A stretch of 64,000 bases of DNA from Isurus oxyrinchus (lineage: Eukaryota). A program made the position numbers and the translations under genes. Below, piece by piece: positions 60,652-64,000 of this stretch. The notes beneath the pieces are model-generated. The model had not been told where the DNA came from. It saw only the letters and a program-made list of their open reading frames with translations, and did not search any database. The stretch's first letter is position 1; each line of letters begins with the position of its first letter. The stretch covers positions 42,594,001-42,658,000 of the forward strand of contig JANJGN010000002.1 in the NCBI GenBank assembly GCA_026770705.1. The letters run 5' to 3'.

Positions 60652-61783
60652 GGGCGGAATCTTGTGGAGACAACAGGGATCTCAGCTGCTGGCTGCAGAA
60701 CAGCGAGAACCCCACATCACCTCTTTTAGGGAAGGTCCACCATATCTTTTGCCTATCAAGCATTTAACAAGCCAGTGGCTTGACCTTCCCCCAGGATCAA
60801 GGACTTTGGGGGTTTAGGGTGGGTGGGTGGGGGGTGCTTTGCAAGCCCTGTCTGCCAAGTGGTGACGGCCAATCAGAGCCCAGCAGCTCTTCTGTACTTA
60901 GCAGCCCCTCCCGAGGCCTCGGATCAAGGAGGGTCCTGGGCATAGGTGAGTGATGGCAGGAAGAGGATCGAGGGGTTCACAAGAGAGGGAATAGGCAGCA
61001 ATAGCAGGGGGTGATTTTCAGCAGATCCCTCCCCCACCCACCAGCTTCCCAATGTCAGGTCCCTGATCAGGTACTGAGTGTCTTTGAATGAGGGACCCCC
61101 TTCCTGGGAGCCCGCAAGCAAACATGTCAGGGTATGCTTATTGTGCTCCTCATTGGTCAACTGTCCCTGAGTTAATACCAGTGGTAGCAGTTGCAGAGAT
61201 GATGGCGTAGTGGTAATGTCACTGGACTAGTAATCCAGAGATCTAGGCTAACGTCTGGGGACACGGGTACAAATCCCACCATGGCAGCTGGTGGAATTTA
61301 AATTCAATTAATAAATATGGAATATAAAGCTAGTCTCAGTAATGCTGACCATAACAAGTATCATCCATTGTCGTAAAACCCATCTGGTTCACTAATTTCC
61401 TTTAAAGGAGGAAATCTACCATCCTAACCTGGTCTGGCCTACGTATGACTCCAGAGCCACAGCAATGTGATTGACTCTTAACTGCCCTCTGAAATGGCCT
61501 AGCAAGCCATTAATTCAAGGGTGAGCAACAAATACTGGCCTTGCTGACAACACCCACATCCCATCAAAGAATTTTTTTTAAAAGCAGGATGAAGCCCTTA
61601 AATGGCCATTAGTTTCCCACTTAAGGGCCTCATTTCGTGGTAGGGCTAGAAGGACATGCACAGCCTTACCACCAGGAACTTAAATAAGGTGAAAGCGGGA
61701 AGGTGGTGGACTCCCCACCTCCCACCCGAATAAATGCCCCCCACCACCAAACTCACTACAGGGTAGGGCACAAGGTTCCACCA
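60652..61783. mobile_element. Harbinger-type MITE inside the CR1
   Basis: TIRs ggcggaatcttgtg / cacaaggttccacc (12 of 14 match); ctc on both flanks. Confidence 0.75.
61193..61583 (+). mobile_element. tRNA-derived SINE (same family as 56910-57283) inside the MITE
   Basis: A box tggcgtagtgg (61203-61213), B box gggtacaaatcc (61265-61276); shared body ggttcactaat...gactccaga...ctgccctctgaaatggc. Confidence 0.87.
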
Positions 61784-62634
61784 CTCATGTCCATCTTAAG
61801 TACGAGACCCTTTATTAAGAAACTATGCCCCCTAGTTCTGGATTCCCCCACGAGAGGAAGCATCTCTCAGCATCTAACCTGTCAAGCCCCCTCAGAATCA
61901 TATATATTCAGTAAGATTACCACTCATTCTTCTAAACTCCAATATAGTACCAACCTGCTCAATCTTTCCACATAAGTCAACTCCTTCATCCTAGAATCTT
62001 CTCTGAACTGCTTCCACTGCAAACAAGGAGGCCAAAACTGTACGCAGTACTCTATGTGTAGTTTCACCAATGCCATGTACAACAGCAACAAAATTTCCCT
62101 GCATTTATATTCCATTCCCCTTGCAATAAAGGCCAACATTCCATTTGCCTTCCTAATTTCTTGCTGTACCTGCATGTTAACTTGTTGTGATTTACATACA
62201 AGGACACCTAGATCCCTCTGTACCACAGCATTCTGCAGTCTCCCTCTATTTAAATAATATTCTGCCTTTCTATTTTTCCTACCAAGATGGATAACCTCAC
62301 ATTTTCCTTCATTACATTCCATCTGCCACATTTTTGCCCACTCACTTAACCTCTCTATATCACTTTGCAAATTCTTTGTGTCCTCCTCACAAATTGCTTC
62401 CCATTAATTTTTGCACCAGCAGAAAATTTGGCTACAATACACTCTGTCCCTTCATCCATGTCATTAATATAGATTGTAAATAGTTGAGACCCCTGCACTG
62501 ATCCCTACAGCGCTCCAATAGTTAGCTTGCCAAGCTGAAAATGGCCCATCTATCCCAATTTTCTGCTACCTGCTAATAAATTTGTCAAACATGATTTCCC
62601 TTCCATAAAGCCTTGCTGACACTGATTTTATTAT

Positions 62635-63187
62635 GGAGTAGAATTTTTAGGTTGGTGGGCACAATCAGCGGGTTCGGGATTGGCCAGGGAACAGACCAAT
62701 TAACAGCCATCCAGCGTGAAACACGCGCTGAGAAGCTCAGCGCTGCCGGGGTGGGGGTGGGAAGGGGACGGGCACTGACATCAGTGCAGGCCTCAGGGAG
62801 CTGAAGCCTTGAAAAGCATTAAATAAAGTTTTTAAAATCGGCAAAAAATGTGCAAGCATCACACTCAGTCACCTGAACATATACATGATAAAAATGCTGT
62901 CCACAGATTTTTATTTTTCTTTCATTTAATAACAGAAACCTCATCCCGCCCTTGGATGAGGTTTCATGAAAAATGCAATGTCCACGTGGTCAATTTGCCC
63001 ATCCGCTAACCGTAAGGTTGGACTGACCACAAAAAATCTTTAATTACCTTAACTGGCCTCTTAATTGTCGGCAGGCATGCTTCTGACGTTTGCACTCGCC
63101 CACCGACTGAAATATCACACAGGATGACATCAGGACGCTCGTCCGATCGCATCAGGCATGCACTCATGCCAAGCTAAAAATTCTGCC
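62635..63187. mobile_element. Harbinger-type MITE (hairpin family, copy 3) inside the CR1
   Basis: TIRs gtagaatttttag / ctaaaaattctgc; internal hairpin at 62935-62965. Confidence 0.78.
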
Positions 63188-64000
63188 TAAGATTTTCTAA
63201 ATGTCGTACTACCACATCCTTCATAATGGATTCCAGTATTTTCCCAATGATATTCGCACAGATATTAGCTAACTGGCCTACAGTTTCCTGCTTTCCGTTT
63301 CCTCCTTCCTTGAATCAGGTTTTTCAATCTACTGGGACCTTTACAGAACCTAGGGAGTTTTGAAAGATTACAACCAATGCATCCAATATCTCTGCAGCTA
63401 CTTCTTTTAAGACCCTAGGATGTAAACCATAAGATCCACAGAGGGATTCAGCACCAGCAGAGGCTGGTTTAAAGCCCTGTTCAGATTTGTTTTTCTAAAG
63501 AGGAAGTTTGGAGGGGTGGGGGTAGGGGTGGTTACTGAAACCATCGGATCAATCTGCAACATCTAAAAGGCATTGCTTCGAGGCCACTTGGTATCCAGCT
63601 TATCAAATGCGACTTGCTAGGATATGTAACATCTCTCCTTATTGTCATTTTTCTCTTCTCCTAAACCTCTGCTTCAACCTGCAACGTACAAGAATGCAGT
63701 TCTCTGTGTGTGGACAATAGGAAAGATGCTGGTTCCACCTCAGGTTGTGGCTCATCCAAGGAACAAGATTTTTGAAGTAATCCACAAGATGCAGGACCAA
63801 CTTAAGCTACAAACTTACTGACTAGAAAATTCCTGAATTTTCCTGAATAGAAAATGGGCTAGATGAGTCCCCATGGAAATTATCAGCACCTCATGTCCCC
63901 ACCCACCACAACTCAGTTTAGATGTGTTGCCTACGATTTGTTTCCATGCACCAGACTTGTTTCACACCAGGATCACTTCCATGCAACCTGCACAGATATT

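Larger units (their letters stand above)
60410..63430 (-). mobile_element. CR1 LINE interrupted by two MITEs
   Basis: ORF 61924..62370 QSDIERLSEWAKMWQM...QRDLGVLV...EYCVQFWPP; tail at ~60420. The CR1 resumes across 60651/61784 and 62634/63188. Confidence 0.9.

Noticed and set aside
61193-61290. tRNA gene
   Set aside because: A and B boxes are present, but there is no cloverleaf; the sequence continues into a SINE body and tail that is repeated at 56910.
1-64000. Prokaryotic-type systems (CRISPR, operons, defence islands) or an endogenous viral gene
   Set aside because: The sequence is intron-rich vertebrate DNA, and the long ORFs examined are explained by BICRAL or known TE classes.

Overview
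Eukaryotic genomic DNA, probably from a cartilaginous fish such as a shark (inferred from the repeat families and the degree of protein divergence). The one intact host gene is BICRAL (GLTSCR1L, a subunit of the non-canonical BAF/GBAF complex) on the minus strand. I reconstructed 11 coding exons by hand, from the ATG at 53742 to the stop at 16695. All have GT/AG boundaries and consistent phases (3855 nt, 1284 aa), followed by a 3' UTR of about 1.5 kb. The 5' non-coding exon(s) and promoter were not located. The rest is a dense collection of decayed transposable elements: a Gypsy remnant with its 3' LTR, three PIF/Harbinger elements and related MITEs, CR1, L2-like and RTE LINEs, tRNA-derived SINEs, DeuSINEs and a Tigger-like MITE. 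I found no convincing new gene system. The most notable structures are: (i) two nested LINEs from non-L1 clades that both show the 5'-inversion ('twin priming') geometry; (ii) an inverted LINE pair bracketing exons 3-4, which together form a stop-free, frame-preserving 2064-nt unit; (iii) a bipartite, internally deleted RTE; (iv) a MITE family with conserved internal hairpins; and (v) a LINE/SINE pair sharing a 3' tail. TE boundaries are approximate unless a TIR or TSD is quoted. Comparisons to human proteins and repeat consensi are from memory, not from database searches.
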